Below, piece by piece: positions 1 through 8,782 of a stretch of 64,000 nucleotides of DNA. The position numbers and the translations under genes were made by a program. The notes under the pieces were generated by a model. The model searched no databases. It saw only the letters and a list, made by a program, of their open reading frames with translations, and was not told where the DNA came from. How positions within the stretch are numbered: the first letter of the stretch is position 1; every line of letters begins with the position of its first letter. This stretch comes from Sphaerochaetaceae bacterium (GTDB taxonomy: Bacteria > Spirochaetota > Spirochaetia > Sphaerochaetales > Sphaerochaetaceae): assembly GCA_963645435.1 (NCBI GenBank), contig CAVISO010000001.1:3987-67986 (forward strand), read 5' to 3'.

Positions 1-623
1 ATGGTGGCTACCATGGTCTTAAGATCAAGACCTGCTGCCTTAGAGTAGGCCAATGCTTCACAAAGTCCCACCATGGTTCCTGCAATTTGAATTTGGTTTG
101 CCATCTTTGTATGCTGCCCGGCACCTGCGGCTCCTTCAAGAACAATGGATTTTCCCATTAGTTGAAAAAGTGGTTCAACCTTGGCTAAGGTTGAGGCTTC
201 TCCTCCTACCATGATGGATAAGGTTGCGTTTTTTGCTCCTGTATCTCCACCCGAAACTGGAGCGTCTAAGGCTTCACAGTCTAAAGAACGGGCTTTTTCA
301 TAGATTTTTACCGCTAAAGAAGGTTTTGTAGTGGTCATATCTACCAAAATTGGATGGGCTTTGGATTCGCAAAGTCCGGCAAAGATTCCTTTTTCTCCAA
401 AATAGACTTCTTCAACATCTGACGGAAAACCCACCATGGTAAAAACCACATCTGAAGACCCTGCAACTTCAGCAGGACTTGCTAAGAAGGTAGCGCCCAT
501 TTCTACCAAAGCCTGAGCCTTTGATTTTGTACGGTTATAAACTACCGCCTTATGTCCACCCTCAATAAGATGTTTACACATGCTTTGACCCATGATACCG
601 GTGCCTATCCATCCAATGTTCAT
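1..623 (-). CDS. NAD(P)-dependent beta-hydroxyacid dehydrogenase family oxidoreductase (3-hydroxyisobutyrate dehydrogenase/GarR-like); the C-terminal end runs off the window
   Basis: Hand translation of the reverse strand from the ATG at 623-621 gives MNIGWIGTGIMGQSMCKHLIEGGHKAVVYNRT (Rossmann GxGxxG). It continues through DAPVSGGDTGAKNATLSIMVGG and GAGQHTKMANQ, which are typical of this family. It is absent from the ORF track because the ORF is open at the window edge. Confidence 0.85.
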   Translation of the reverse strand, partial: MNIGWIGTGIMGQSMCKHLIEGGHKAVVYNRTKSKAQALVEMGATFLASPAEVAGSSDVVFTMVGFPSDVEEVYFGEKGIFAGLCESKAHPILVDMTTTKPSLAVKIYEKARSLDCEALDAPVSGGDTGAKNATLSIMVGGEASTLAKVEPLFQLMGKSIVLEGAAGAGQHTKMANQIQIAGTMVGLCEALAYSKAAGLDLKTMVAT

Positions 624-675
624 ATTTCCTCCAGAAACTTTTCACATAACTTTTTTTGAAGTATACTCTTTAATT

Positions 676-1005
676 GTGAACGATAACAACCAGACTTTTG
701 AAAGTCTCCCAGAAGAGGAGATTGTTGATATTGCCGATTTCTTCAAGGTGTTTGGCGAGCCTACACGCCTGAAGATTCTCTATATGCTGGAAGCAGGTGA
801 GGCTAGCGTGAACACGCTGTCAAATTCGCTTGGAATTTCTCAGTCCGTGACCAGCCAGCACCTGAAGTTGCTCAGGGTGGCAAGACTTGTGCGCTGGCGC
901 AAGGATGGCAAGAACGTCATTTATTCCCTCAACGATGACCACATTGCCCGTATTTTATCCTTGGGCACAGAGCATTACGAGGAAACCATCACGCCTGAGG
1001 CCTGA
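676..1005 (+). CDS. ArsR/SmtB family transcriptional regulator
   Basis: Contains a winged-HTH signature: FFKVFGEPTRLKILYMLEAGEASVNTLSNSLGISQSVTSQHLKLLRVARLVRWRKDGKNVIYSL. The track ORF starts at 592 but would then overlap the divergent dehydrogenase start at 623. GTG at 676 gives a typical length of about 109 aa. The start remains uncertain. Confidence 0.8.
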   Translation: MNDNNQTFESLPEEEIVDIADFFKVFGEPTRLKILYMLEAGEASVNTLSNSLGISQSVTSQHLKLLRVARLVRWRKDGKNVIYSLNDDHIARILSLGTEHYEETITPEA

Positions 1006-1068
1006 ACTGGGGTCAAAACCTGTAATTTTTTTTGCTTTCAGTTGTTATGAGGTTGATTTGGAACAGAC

Positions 1069-1545
1069 ATGAAACGTGGCATCTTTCTTACCCTTGCACT
1101 AATTATCCTCGCCTTCTGCTTTACCTCCTGCAGCACACCAGTTACGCTGATTGAGAGATTTAGCCTGCAAGATACTGTGCAGCAAGAAGATACCACCAAA
1201 ATCCTCACAGGCAGCGTCAGCTACGGTGCAGGCTTTTACTTTCCCAGCAGCAGTGACATCCTAGACATTTCCCTGCTCAAAACGGACGCAACCACCGGCA
1301 CCATCCAGGAAATTTCCCACCAGCGAATCAGAAATATCCAACGCTTTGCCCTCCAATTCACCTTAAGATATGACCAATCCGATATCCAGGAGGGGGATAC
1401 CTGTAGTCTTTTAGTTTCTCTCACCGTCAACGGTTCTGTCAGCGCCCAGGGAGTAACTCAATTAGAATATAAAGAAGGAAGTTTCAGCGAAGCTTCTGTA
1501 ACTCTTTCAGCGGTTTCAGTTGACCCCACCACAATAACTGAATAA
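1069..1545 (+). CDS. Putative lipoprotein, YbaY-like
   Basis: Has a signal peptide plus lipobox (LAFCFTSC). The mature part shows the alternating pattern seen in YbaY-type lipoproteins (ISLLKTDATTGTIQEISHQRI...FALQFTLRYDQSDIQEGDTCSLLVSL). The family assignment is from memory. Confidence 0.55.
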   Translation: MKRGIFLTLALIILAFCFTSCSTPVTLIERFSLQDTVQQEDTTKILTGSVSYGAGFYFPSSSDILDISLLKTDATTGTIQEISHQRIRNIQRFALQFTLRYDQSDIQEGDTCSLLVSLTVNGSVSAQGVTQLEYKEGSFSEASVTLSAVSVDPTTITE

Positions 1546-1578
1546 ATTTAACAATATAATTACGTATGAGGAAAAACT

Positions 1579-2607
1579 ATGGCTTTTGATTTTAACCAAA
1601 ACCAGCAGGAATCCCAGAATAATTATAATGGTGGCGGCTCTTATAAGAAGAAGTTCAATTTGTCTCCAAAATTAATAATTATTTTGATTCTTGTTATTGC
1701 TGTTGCTTGCATTCTTTCCACCAGTTTCTTTGTTGTGGACCAGACGGAGCAGGCGGTCATTCTAAGATTTGGTAAGTACAACCGTACCGTAGGTCCGGGC
1801 TTGCAGACCAAATTGCCCTTTGGAATTGACAAGAGTTACAACGTAGAAACTCAAGTGGTACAGACCATGTCTTTTGGTTTCAGGTCTGCCACTGCCGGAA
1901 ACACCTATGGTACAGGGACCTCCTATACCTATAACGGGTATGCCTCCGAGTCAACAATGCTTACTGGAGACTTGAACATTGTAGATGTAAAGTGGATTGT
2001 TCAGTACAAGATTGATGACCCTAATAAATGGCTCTTTAGCGTAAATAATCCAGAGCAGACCTTAAGCGATGTTTCTCGTTCTGTCATTAACCAACTGGTA
2101 GGGGATTTGCCTATTTTGAGCATCATGACTAGCGAGAGAACTACCATTGAGGTGGAAGCCGAACAGCTCATGCAAGATACCCTAGATTCGTACAATATGG
2201 GCGTAAAAATCGTGACAGTGAAGTTACAGGACATTGTTCCGCCGGAAGGCGATGTTCAGGATGCCTTTGAAGATGTCAACAAGGCCATCCAGGATATGAA
2301 TAAATATATCAACGAAGGCAAGGAAAACTATAACAGCACAATACCATCGGCTCAGGGGGAAGCAAGTAAGATAATTCAGGAGGCTCAGGGGTATGCCTCT
2401 GAGAGGATTAATACCGCAAAAGGGGATGTGGCGCGCTTTGAGAGTGTGAAGGCGGAGTATGAGAAGAGTAAGGAAGTCACGTCCAAACGTCTGTATATTG
2501 AGACCATGGAGGAGATTCTGTCGGATGCGGAAGGCACGGTCACATTGATTGATGAGCGGCTTGAGAATTTTCTGCCAATTGCAAATATCACGGGAGGTAC
2601 CAAATGA
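1579..2607 (+). CDS. hflK: FtsH protease modulator HflK (SPFH/band-7)
   Basis: Has an N-terminal TM segment followed by an SPFH core (VVDQTEQAVILRFGKYNRTVGPGLQTKLPF). A GAGGAAAA RBS lies upstream. There is a 4-bp overlap with the downstream hflC. Confidence 0.85.
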   Translation: MAFDFNQNQQESQNNYNGGGSYKKKFNLSPKLIIILILVIAVACILSTSFFVVDQTEQAVILRFGKYNRTVGPGLQTKLPFGIDKSYNVETQVVQTMSFGFRSATAGNTYGTGTSYTYNGYASESTMLTGDLNIVDVKWIVQYKIDDPNKWLFSVNNPEQTLSDVSRSVINQLVGDLPILSIMTSERTTIEVEAEQLMQDTLDSYNMGVKIVTVKLQDIVPPEGDVQDAFEDVNKAIQDMNKYINEGKENYNSTIPSAQGEASKIIQEAQGYASERINTAKGDVARFESVKAEYEKSKEVTSKRLYIETMEEILSDAEGTVTLIDERLENFLPIANITGGTK

Positions 2608-3578
2608 AGAAGGCTTTGTTTATTTGTGGTGCTGTGGTAGTGTTGTTTGTGATTTTCCTTTTGATGGGACCTTTCTATATTTTGGGCGAGGGGCAGCAGG
2701 CAGTGGTGACACGCTTTGGAAAGATTGTAAACGTGGAAACAGAGCCTGGCTTAAAGTTCAAGATGCCATTTGTTGATACGGTAAATACTTACTCGTCAAA
2801 GATTTTGTCTTGGGACGGGGATGCTCAGCGCATTCCAACTAAGGAAAATCAGTTTATCTATGTGGATCCTACCAGCAGGTGGGTGATATCGGATCCGGCA
2901 AAGTTTTATGAGACGGTTAAGACTATTGAGAACGCTGAGCTAAGACTAGACGATGTTCTTGACTCCACCATCAGAACTGTCATATCTGAAAATTACCTCA
3001 ATGAGGCGGTGCGTAATTCCAACCGTATCAATGAAATGAGTGCAGTTGATGAGGTCTCTAGCATTGATGACCTTGAGGCCGCAGAGAAGCTTCGTTCGCT
3101 TACCATTTCCAACGTCCAGCAAGAGTCCATCAAGGTGGGAAGACAGGGTCTTTCTGACCGTATGCTGGCGCTTGCAAGCCAGTATACTCAGGAATACGGC
3201 ATCACGCTAATTGACGTCATAATTCGTCAAATCCGCTATTCCGATGATCTTACGGAGAGCGTTTATCAGCGTATGATCAAAGAAAGAAATCAGATTGCTG
3301 AAGCCTACAGGTCTTATGGTAGAGGTCAGCTTGCTCAGTGGGAGGGTAAGACTTCCAGTGAACAAATGACTATTTTGTCGGAGGCTTATGCACAGGCTGA
3401 GCAGATTAAGGGTGTGGCAGATGCTGAGGCTACAAAAATCTATGCCCAGGCCTATGATGAAGACCCTGAATTCTTTGAGTTGTGGCGTACGTTGGAGTCT
3501 TATAAAAAGACTTTGCCAAGCATGGATAAGGTGCTTTCTACGGGCCTGCCGTACTTTGACGTTATGACGCAAAAGTGA
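2604..3578 (+). CDS. hflC: FtsH protease modulator HflC (SPFH/band-7)
   Basis: Has a TM anchor plus YILGEGQQAVVTRFGKIVNVETEPGLKFKMPFVD. It is paired with hflK through an ATGA overlap. Confidence 0.85.
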   Translation: MKKALFICGAVVVLFVIFLLMGPFYILGEGQQAVVTRFGKIVNVETEPGLKFKMPFVDTVNTYSSKILSWDGDAQRIPTKENQFIYVDPTSRWVISDPAKFYETVKTIENAELRLDDVLDSTIRTVISENYLNEAVRNSNRINEMSAVDEVSSIDDLEAAEKLRSLTISNVQQESIKVGRQGLSDRMLALASQYTQEYGITLIDVIIRQIRYSDDLTESVYQRMIKERNQIAEAYRSYGRGQLAQWEGKTSSEQMTILSEAYAQAEQIKGVADAEATKIYAQAYDEDPEFFELWRTLESYKKTLPSMDKVLSTGLPYFDVMTQK

Positions 3579-3607
3579 TTATAATAAAGATTTGTGGAAT
3601 TTAAATT

Positions 3608-5854
3608 ATGAAGAAAAGACTTGTTACTAGCGCATTGCCATATGTAAACAATATTCCTCACCTTGGAAATCTCACTCAAGTGCTTTCTGCAGATGTATTT
3701 GCACGTTTTTGCAGATCCAGAGGCTATGAGACTTTGTATGTGTGTGGAACAGATGAGTACGGAACTGCTACTGAAACCAGAGCAGCCAAAGAAGGGGTCT
3801 CTCCAAGAGAACTTTGTGACCACTATCATGCAATTCATGAAGAAATTTATAAGTGGTTTAACATTGGTTTTGATTATTTTGGAAGAACTTCTACGCCAAA
3901 GCAGACAGAGATTGTCCAGAGCATTTTCAAGAAGGTAGATGAAGCGGGTTATATCACAGAAAAAGAAACGGAACAGTTGTACTGCCCTCAGTGCAGAAGA
4001 TTCTTGGCTGACCGTTTTGTGGAAGGCACCTGTCCTCACTGTGGTTCTACTGATGCTCGTGGAGATCAGTGTGATGCCTGTCAGACTCTTTTGGAACCTA
4101 CAGAACTTATTAATCCTCGCTGTGGAGTTTGTGGGTCAACTCCTGTTGTGAAAAAGACTAAGCATCTTTATTTGGATTTGCCAAAGGTTCTGCCTCTTTT
4201 GGAAGCCTGGCTTAAGGATGCTTCAGTTGATGGTTTTTGGGCTAAAAATGCCGTTCAGGTAACCAAGAGCTGGATTAGAGACGGACTTAAAGAGCGCTGC
4301 ATTACAAGAGACCTCAAGTGGGGAATTCCGGTTCCAAAGGAGGGCTACGAAGACAAGGTTTTCTACGTTTGGTTTGATGCTCCTATTGGTTACATTTCTA
4401 TTTCTGCCAATTACACTGATAACTGGAAGGACTGGTGGCACAAGCCTGAAGAGGTGGAACTTTTCCAGTTCATTGGTAAGGACAATATTCCTTTCCATAC
4501 GGTAATTTTCCCTTCTACATTGCTTGCAACCGGTGAGAAATGGACCATGCTTCATCACATGAGTTCTACTGAATATCTTAACTATGAAGGTGGTAAGTTC
4601 TCTAAGAGTAAGGGAATAGGGATTTTTGGCAACGATGTCCAGGAAACAGGAATTCCTGCTGATGTCTGGCGTTTCTACATGTTCTACAACAGACCTGAGA
4701 ATGCTGACTTTACCTTCACCTGGAAGGATTTTCAGGAAAAGGTCAACGGTGAGTTGATTGGAAACCTTTCCAATCTGGTTAACAGAACGCTTACTTTTGT
4801 TAAGAGATTCTTTGATGGCAATTTGGGCACAGGTCCTGTGGACGAGGTGCTTTTGGCTCAGATCAAGGAGAAAGAGGCACTCATTACAGACCTTTTGGAG
4901 CATGCAGAGGAGCGCGAGGCTTTCAGAGAGATTTTTGCTCTCTCCAGCATTGGTAATAAGGCCTTCCAGGACAGCGAGCCTTGGAAACTTAGAACTACGG
5001 ACCCTGAAAAGGCAAAAGCAATTCTTCGCACGCTGGTGGGTCTTATCCGCGACCTGGGCGTCATGATTGAGCCTTACATGCCAACTGCAAGCCAGACCTT
5101 ACTTGGCTTCTTGGGCTGCAATACCGATAATTGGTCTAATTTAGCCAGCTATTCTAAGGAAATTTCTGTTGGTGAAATTGGGCTTCTTTTCACAAAGTTG
5201 GAAGATTCAAGAATTGAGGAGCTGAGAATCCGCTATAGTGGAAGTCAGCAGGAAAGAGAGGAAAGAAAAATGGAAGATAATAGCAAGGAAGCTAAGAAAG
5301 AGGCTGCAAAGGCTGCTTTGGCCGCAGCTAAGGCTGCTGAAGAGAGCAAGTCTATTGCTGAGAAGTTTGCAGATAAGGTTAAGCTTACTGTAAGTAAGAT
5401 TGTTAAGATTGAGCGTCATCCTAATGGCGATATTCTTTACATTCTTGGTCTGGATACTGGAGAAGGCGAGGAGAGAACTATTGTTTCCTCTATTGTTCCT
5501 TACTACAAGGAAGAGGAACTTTTGGGGCATAACATTGTTCTGGTAAACAACTTAAAGCCAGCTAATTTCAGAGGCGTTAAGAGCCGCGGTATGTTGTTGG
5601 CTGCTTCTGATCCTAACGCTGAGGAGCACACCACCTGTGAGGTGCTCTTTGCTGACGATATTCCTGCTGGAACTAACCTTGTTCCAGAGGGCTTTGCTAA
5701 TCCTGCTGAGATGTGCTACGTCAAGCCAGATCACTTCTTTGAGATGCCTCTTTATACGGAAAACGGGACTCTTAAGGTGGATGGTCATGCTTTGGTTTCT
5801 GCTGAGGGCAAGACTGTTACTGCAAAGAAGTATTTGAACGGTAACGTTGGTTGA
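3608..5854 (+). CDS. metG: Methionine--tRNA ligase with C-terminal tRNA-binding (Trbp111/EMAP-like) domain
   Basis: Has the HIGH-type motif (PYVNNIPHLGN), the KMSKS-type motif (KFSKSKG), Zn-knuckle cysteines (CPQC...CPHC, CDAC...CGVC), and a C-terminal VKIERHPNGDILYILGLDTGE domain. Confidence 0.95.
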   Translation: MKKRLVTSALPYVNNIPHLGNLTQVLSADVFARFCRSRGYETLYVCGTDEYGTATETRAAKEGVSPRELCDHYHAIHEEIYKWFNIGFDYFGRTSTPKQTEIVQSIFKKVDEAGYITEKETEQLYCPQCRRFLADRFVEGTCPHCGSTDARGDQCDACQTLLEPTELINPRCGVCGSTPVVKKTKHLYLDLPKVLPLLEAWLKDASVDGFWAKNAVQVTKSWIRDGLKERCITRDLKWGIPVPKEGYEDKVFYVWFDAPIGYISISANYTDNWKDWWHKPEEVELFQFIGKDNIPFHTVIFPSTLLATGEKWTMLHHMSSTEYLNYEGGKFSKSKGIGIFGNDVQETGIPADVWRFYMFYNRPENADFTFTWKDFQEKVNGELIGNLSNLVNRTLTFVKRFFDGNLGTGPVDEVLLAQIKEKEALITDLLEHAEEREAFREIFALSSIGNKAFQDSEPWKLRTTDPEKAKAILRTLVGLIRDLGVMIEPYMPTASQTLLGFLGCNTDNWSNLASYSKEISVGEIGLLFTKLEDSRIEELRIRYSGSQQEREERKMEDNSKEAKKEAAKAALAAAKAAEESKSIAEKFADKVKLTVSKIVKIERHPNGDILYILGLDTGEGEERTIVSSIVPYYKEEELLGHNIVLVNNLKPANFRGVKSRGMLLAASDPNAEEHTTCEVLFADDIPAGTNLVPEGFANPAEMCYVKPDHFFEMPLYTENGTLKVDGHALVSAEGKTVTAKKYLNGNVG

Positions 5855-5874
5855 TTCTTTCTAACTGTAAAAGA

Positions 5875-5906
5875 GGGACTGTCGTTTGTGGCAGTCCTTT
5901 TTTTTT
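5875..5906 (+). terminator. Rho-independent terminator after metG
   Basis: The stem GGACTG (5876-5881) pairs with CAGTCC (5892-5897). It is followed by a run of 9 T residues. Confidence 0.65.
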
Positions 5907-5984
5907 GACAAGTTTTTGAAAAATATCGGGATAGGGTGTAATTTTGGGGCATTTGAGTTGTTTAAGTTTAGTTAGGATGGATAG

Positions 5985-7280
5985 ATGAACGTTCTTGTTG
6001 TTGGTTTTGGATTGATTGGCGGTGGGGTAGATGCAGCCTCGTATTACGTTTCGCATGGGCATAGCGTGAGAGTTACGGATGTGCGAAATGAAGAGGTACT
6101 ATGTGAATCAATTGAAGACTTGCAGCAAAAAGGCGTTGAGTTTCGCGTACAACTGACGTTTGATGAGGACGTGCAGTGGGCGGACCTGGTGGTGAAGACT
6201 CATTATATGGGTGAAGATGACTACGCATTCCCCAAGACCAAAGCGGTAGTCAATGATATCTCAGTGCTCCTAACCAGTGCGCTTGCAAAGGATGTGAAAT
6301 TGCTCTATGTGGCGGGTGCAAAATACAAGACGGTGACCGCGAGTGCCTTGTGTCATGTGCTAAATTCCTTTGGGCATAGTGCACATATGTGCGGGAATAT
6401 GGGTATTTCTGGGTTCTGTGAACTGGAAAGACTGGAAAGGGGAGAGCAGCCTGAGTACCTTGTCCTTGAGCTTTCTTTTTGGCAGATTAGAGATACTCTG
6501 GATATCTTGGATTGGGATTTTCCTTGTTCTGCGCTCACGGTTTTTACTGGGGTTGTGGAGGATGCCCAGTCTAACCTGGATTTGTTTGACTCGCTGGCCT
6601 TGATTTCTAGGGCTATTGTTTGTCCTAACGTTCAGAGAAAGACCTTCAGTGATTTGTTTTCCAAATTGCCAGATAAAAAGGCTAGCAAGGTATTCTCCGC
6701 TGAATTTGATGCCATAAAGATGTCTAAGGCTATTGCTCCTAAGTTGCAATGGGCTTTTTGTGCTTTGAGGCGTATGGGTTATGAGACGGGTAGACTTAAT
6801 TCCTGTCTTAAGGCTTTTAAGGGTATTCCTAACCGCGGCGAGTTGGTCTGCAGAACTGAATCCTGTATGTTTATCAACGATAGTTCTTCTTCCTTACCTG
6901 AGGCGGTTGGTTTTGCCGTGGATAATTTTTCTAATATGCCAGTTCACTTAATTTGTGGTGGCTACGGGAAATCCTTGGATCCTCAGGGCATGCTGGATGC
7001 CCTTGAAGGGGTGGCTTCCATTCATTTGTTGGAGGGCTCTTTTACTGAGGACAAACTTATTCCGCTTTTGAAGGCTAATGGACGAAGTTTCTCTGGTCCT
7101 TTTGGTTCTATGAAGGAAGCGGTGGCTTCTGCCTTGACTTCTTTGAATAACAATTCTCAACTGCTTCAGGTGGTGCTACTTTCCCCTGGAGTTCCAGCCT
7201 TGTATTTCTACAAAAATGAATTCTACAGGGGAGATAGCTTTAGGTCTGCCATTACTGAAACTGTTGAAATATCGGGCTAA
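5985..7280 (+). CDS. Mur ligase family protein, MurD-like with degenerate catalytic motifs
   Basis: Has a MurD-like Rossmann N-terminus (VVGFGLIGGGVDAASYYVSHGHSVRVTD). Other matches are ELSFWQ (MurD ELSSFQ), NDSSSS (MurD NDSKAT) and SPGVPALYFYKNEFYRGDSF (MurD SPACASFDMFKN..RG). The P-loop reads GAKYKT instead of GTNGKT. Confidence 0.55.
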   Translation: MNVLVVGFGLIGGGVDAASYYVSHGHSVRVTDVRNEEVLCESIEDLQQKGVEFRVQLTFDEDVQWADLVVKTHYMGEDDYAFPKTKAVVNDISVLLTSALAKDVKLLYVAGAKYKTVTASALCHVLNSFGHSAHMCGNMGISGFCELERLERGEQPEYLVLELSFWQIRDTLDILDWDFPCSALTVFTGVVEDAQSNLDLFDSLALISRAIVCPNVQRKTFSDLFSKLPDKKASKVFSAEFDAIKMSKAIAPKLQWAFCALRRMGYETGRLNSCLKAFKGIPNRGELVCRTESCMFINDSSSSLPEAVGFAVDNFSNMPVHLICGGYGKSLDPQGMLDALEGVASIHLLEGSFTEDKLIPLLKANGRSFSGPFGSMKEAVASALTSLNNNSQLLQVVLLSPGVPALYFYKNEFYRGDSFRSAITETVEISG

Positions 7281-7285
7281 AAAAT

Positions 7286-8671
7286 TTAGTCGTTGTCTCC
7301 AAGCGCGTCTAGACCCTTGGCGTTGGCTACCTTGCTGGCTTTGATGTTTTTTACGCAGAAGGTAAAGACCAGGAGGCTGGCACAGGTGAGGGCTGCGGCG
7401 TATTTTGGAAGAATGCTCCAGGCCCCGTGGGCTTTGAGGATGAGACCTAAAAGGACTGGGGTGACGGTTTGGGCACTCATGCTGGCGGCGTAGTAGTAGC
7501 CGGTGAATTTTCCAATGTTCTTGGAAGAGCAAAGTTCAACTACCATTGGGAAGGAGCAGTTGTGTACCAGTGCCATTCCGTAGCCTTTGATAATCCATAC
7601 AACTAGCAGAAGATTTGGGAAGACATTGTAAATGGTGCCGGCCTTGTCTGTGTAGGTTGCGGCGCTCTTTTTGACAAAACACATTAGGATAAGTCCAATG
7701 AAGGTAAGCATTAAGCCAAGAGATATGGTCCATTTTCTGCCAACTTTGTCTGCAAGGTATCCTGCAGTTGCAAAGCCTACTACAGAGGCGGCGCCGCCAA
7801 AGATTACAAGATTAGAGGTCTTGCTAGAGGCACTTCCAAGGGCGTAAATGACAAAGTTGTTCAGGTAGGTGCCAAGAGCATTATCTGACATGAACCAGAG
7901 GAACTCTGCAGCCAAAATGGACAGGAGCATGACTTTGTTGGCCTTTGACATTGGCTTGTCGTCATCAACTGGGTCTTCAATGGCAGCAAGACGTTCGCCT
8001 TCTTCCATTTCATCCTTAAGTTCTACTGCCAGTTTATTTTCTTTAATAGTAAAGAATAATACCAAGGCAGAAATGACCATGAGAACAGAGGCAATGACAA
8101 AAGGCAGTTCTATTACCAGTAGATTCTTTTCTCCTTTGATGTAGCTGGAAAGTACAAAGACCATGCCCAGTACGGTTGCAAAGGCTCCACCAAGATATCC
8201 CATGATGTTGATGATTCCGTTGGCTTTGGCTCTCAGTGGTTTTGGGGTGATGTCTGGCATGAGGGCCACGGCTGGGTTGCGGTACATCATCATAAAGACC
8301 AGCACTATTGCCATCATTGCTACCATGGCACCAATTTTATTCAGGTGGAAGAACAGCGGTATGAAAGGGAAGGCAATGGCGGAAACAAAGGTTCCAACCA
8401 AGATGAAAGGCATTCTTTTTCCAATTGGAGTTTTGGTTCTGTCTGAAAGAGAACCAAAGATTGGAAGAAGAATAAGGGCTGCAAGGTTATCGCACGCCAT
8501 GATGATTCCCACGAGCCACTGGATTTCTAGCTCACTGTCTACCCCCATGCGGGTCTTAATTATCTCTGTAAGCAGGGTTGGACACCAGGAGTCGTAGACT
8601 TGCCAGAGCAATAAAATTCCAAAAAAGGCGAACCCAATAAGGCAGGTTCTCTTGCGGTTGAGTTTTAACAT
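7286..8671 (-). CDS. MFS transporter (GPH/SLC45-like)
   Basis: About 12 hydrophobic segments. Has the loop 2-3 motif GSLSDRTKTPIGKRMPFILVG, typical of glycoside-pentoside-hexuronide/SLC45-type MFS transporters. Confidence 0.8.
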   Translation of the reverse strand: MLKLNRKRTCLIGFAFFGILLLWQVYDSWCPTLLTEIIKTRMGVDSELEIQWLVGIIMACDNLAALILLPIFGSLSDRTKTPIGKRMPFILVGTFVSAIAFPFIPLFFHLNKIGAMVAMMAIVLVFMMMYRNPAVALMPDITPKPLRAKANGIINIMGYLGGAFATVLGMVFVLSSYIKGEKNLLVIELPFVIASVLMVISALVLFFTIKENKLAVELKDEMEEGERLAAIEDPVDDDKPMSKANKVMLLSILAAEFLWFMSDNALGTYLNNFVIYALGSASSKTSNLVIFGGAASVVGFATAGYLADKVGRKWTISLGLMLTFIGLILMCFVKKSAATYTDKAGTIYNVFPNLLLVVWIIKGYGMALVHNCSFPMVVELCSSKNIGKFTGYYYAASMSAQTVTPVLLGLILKAHGAWSILPKYAAALTCASLLVFTFCVKNIKASKVANAKGLDALGDND

Positions 8672-8782
8672 ATCTCAAAGCCTCCTAAATTTCCATTTTA
8701 TACTATCTAGGAGCAATCCTCAATTGGTATTTACTTTGGTTTTACGTTGAAAAAAGGTGTGGTATTGAGTAGAATTGGGGCT

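Noticed and set aside
592-675. The N-terminal 28-aa extension of the ArsR ORF given in the track.
   Set aside because: It would overlap the divergent dehydrogenase start codon and its promoter region, and it adds a non-family hydrophobic sequence. An internal GTG start gives the normal ArsR length.
5946-5961. A sigma-54 -24/-12-like element GGGGCATTTGAGTTGT upstream of the MurD-like gene.
   Set aside because: The -12 element reads TTGT rather than the invariant TTGC, and the -24 lacks the T of TGGCA. This is too weak to call.
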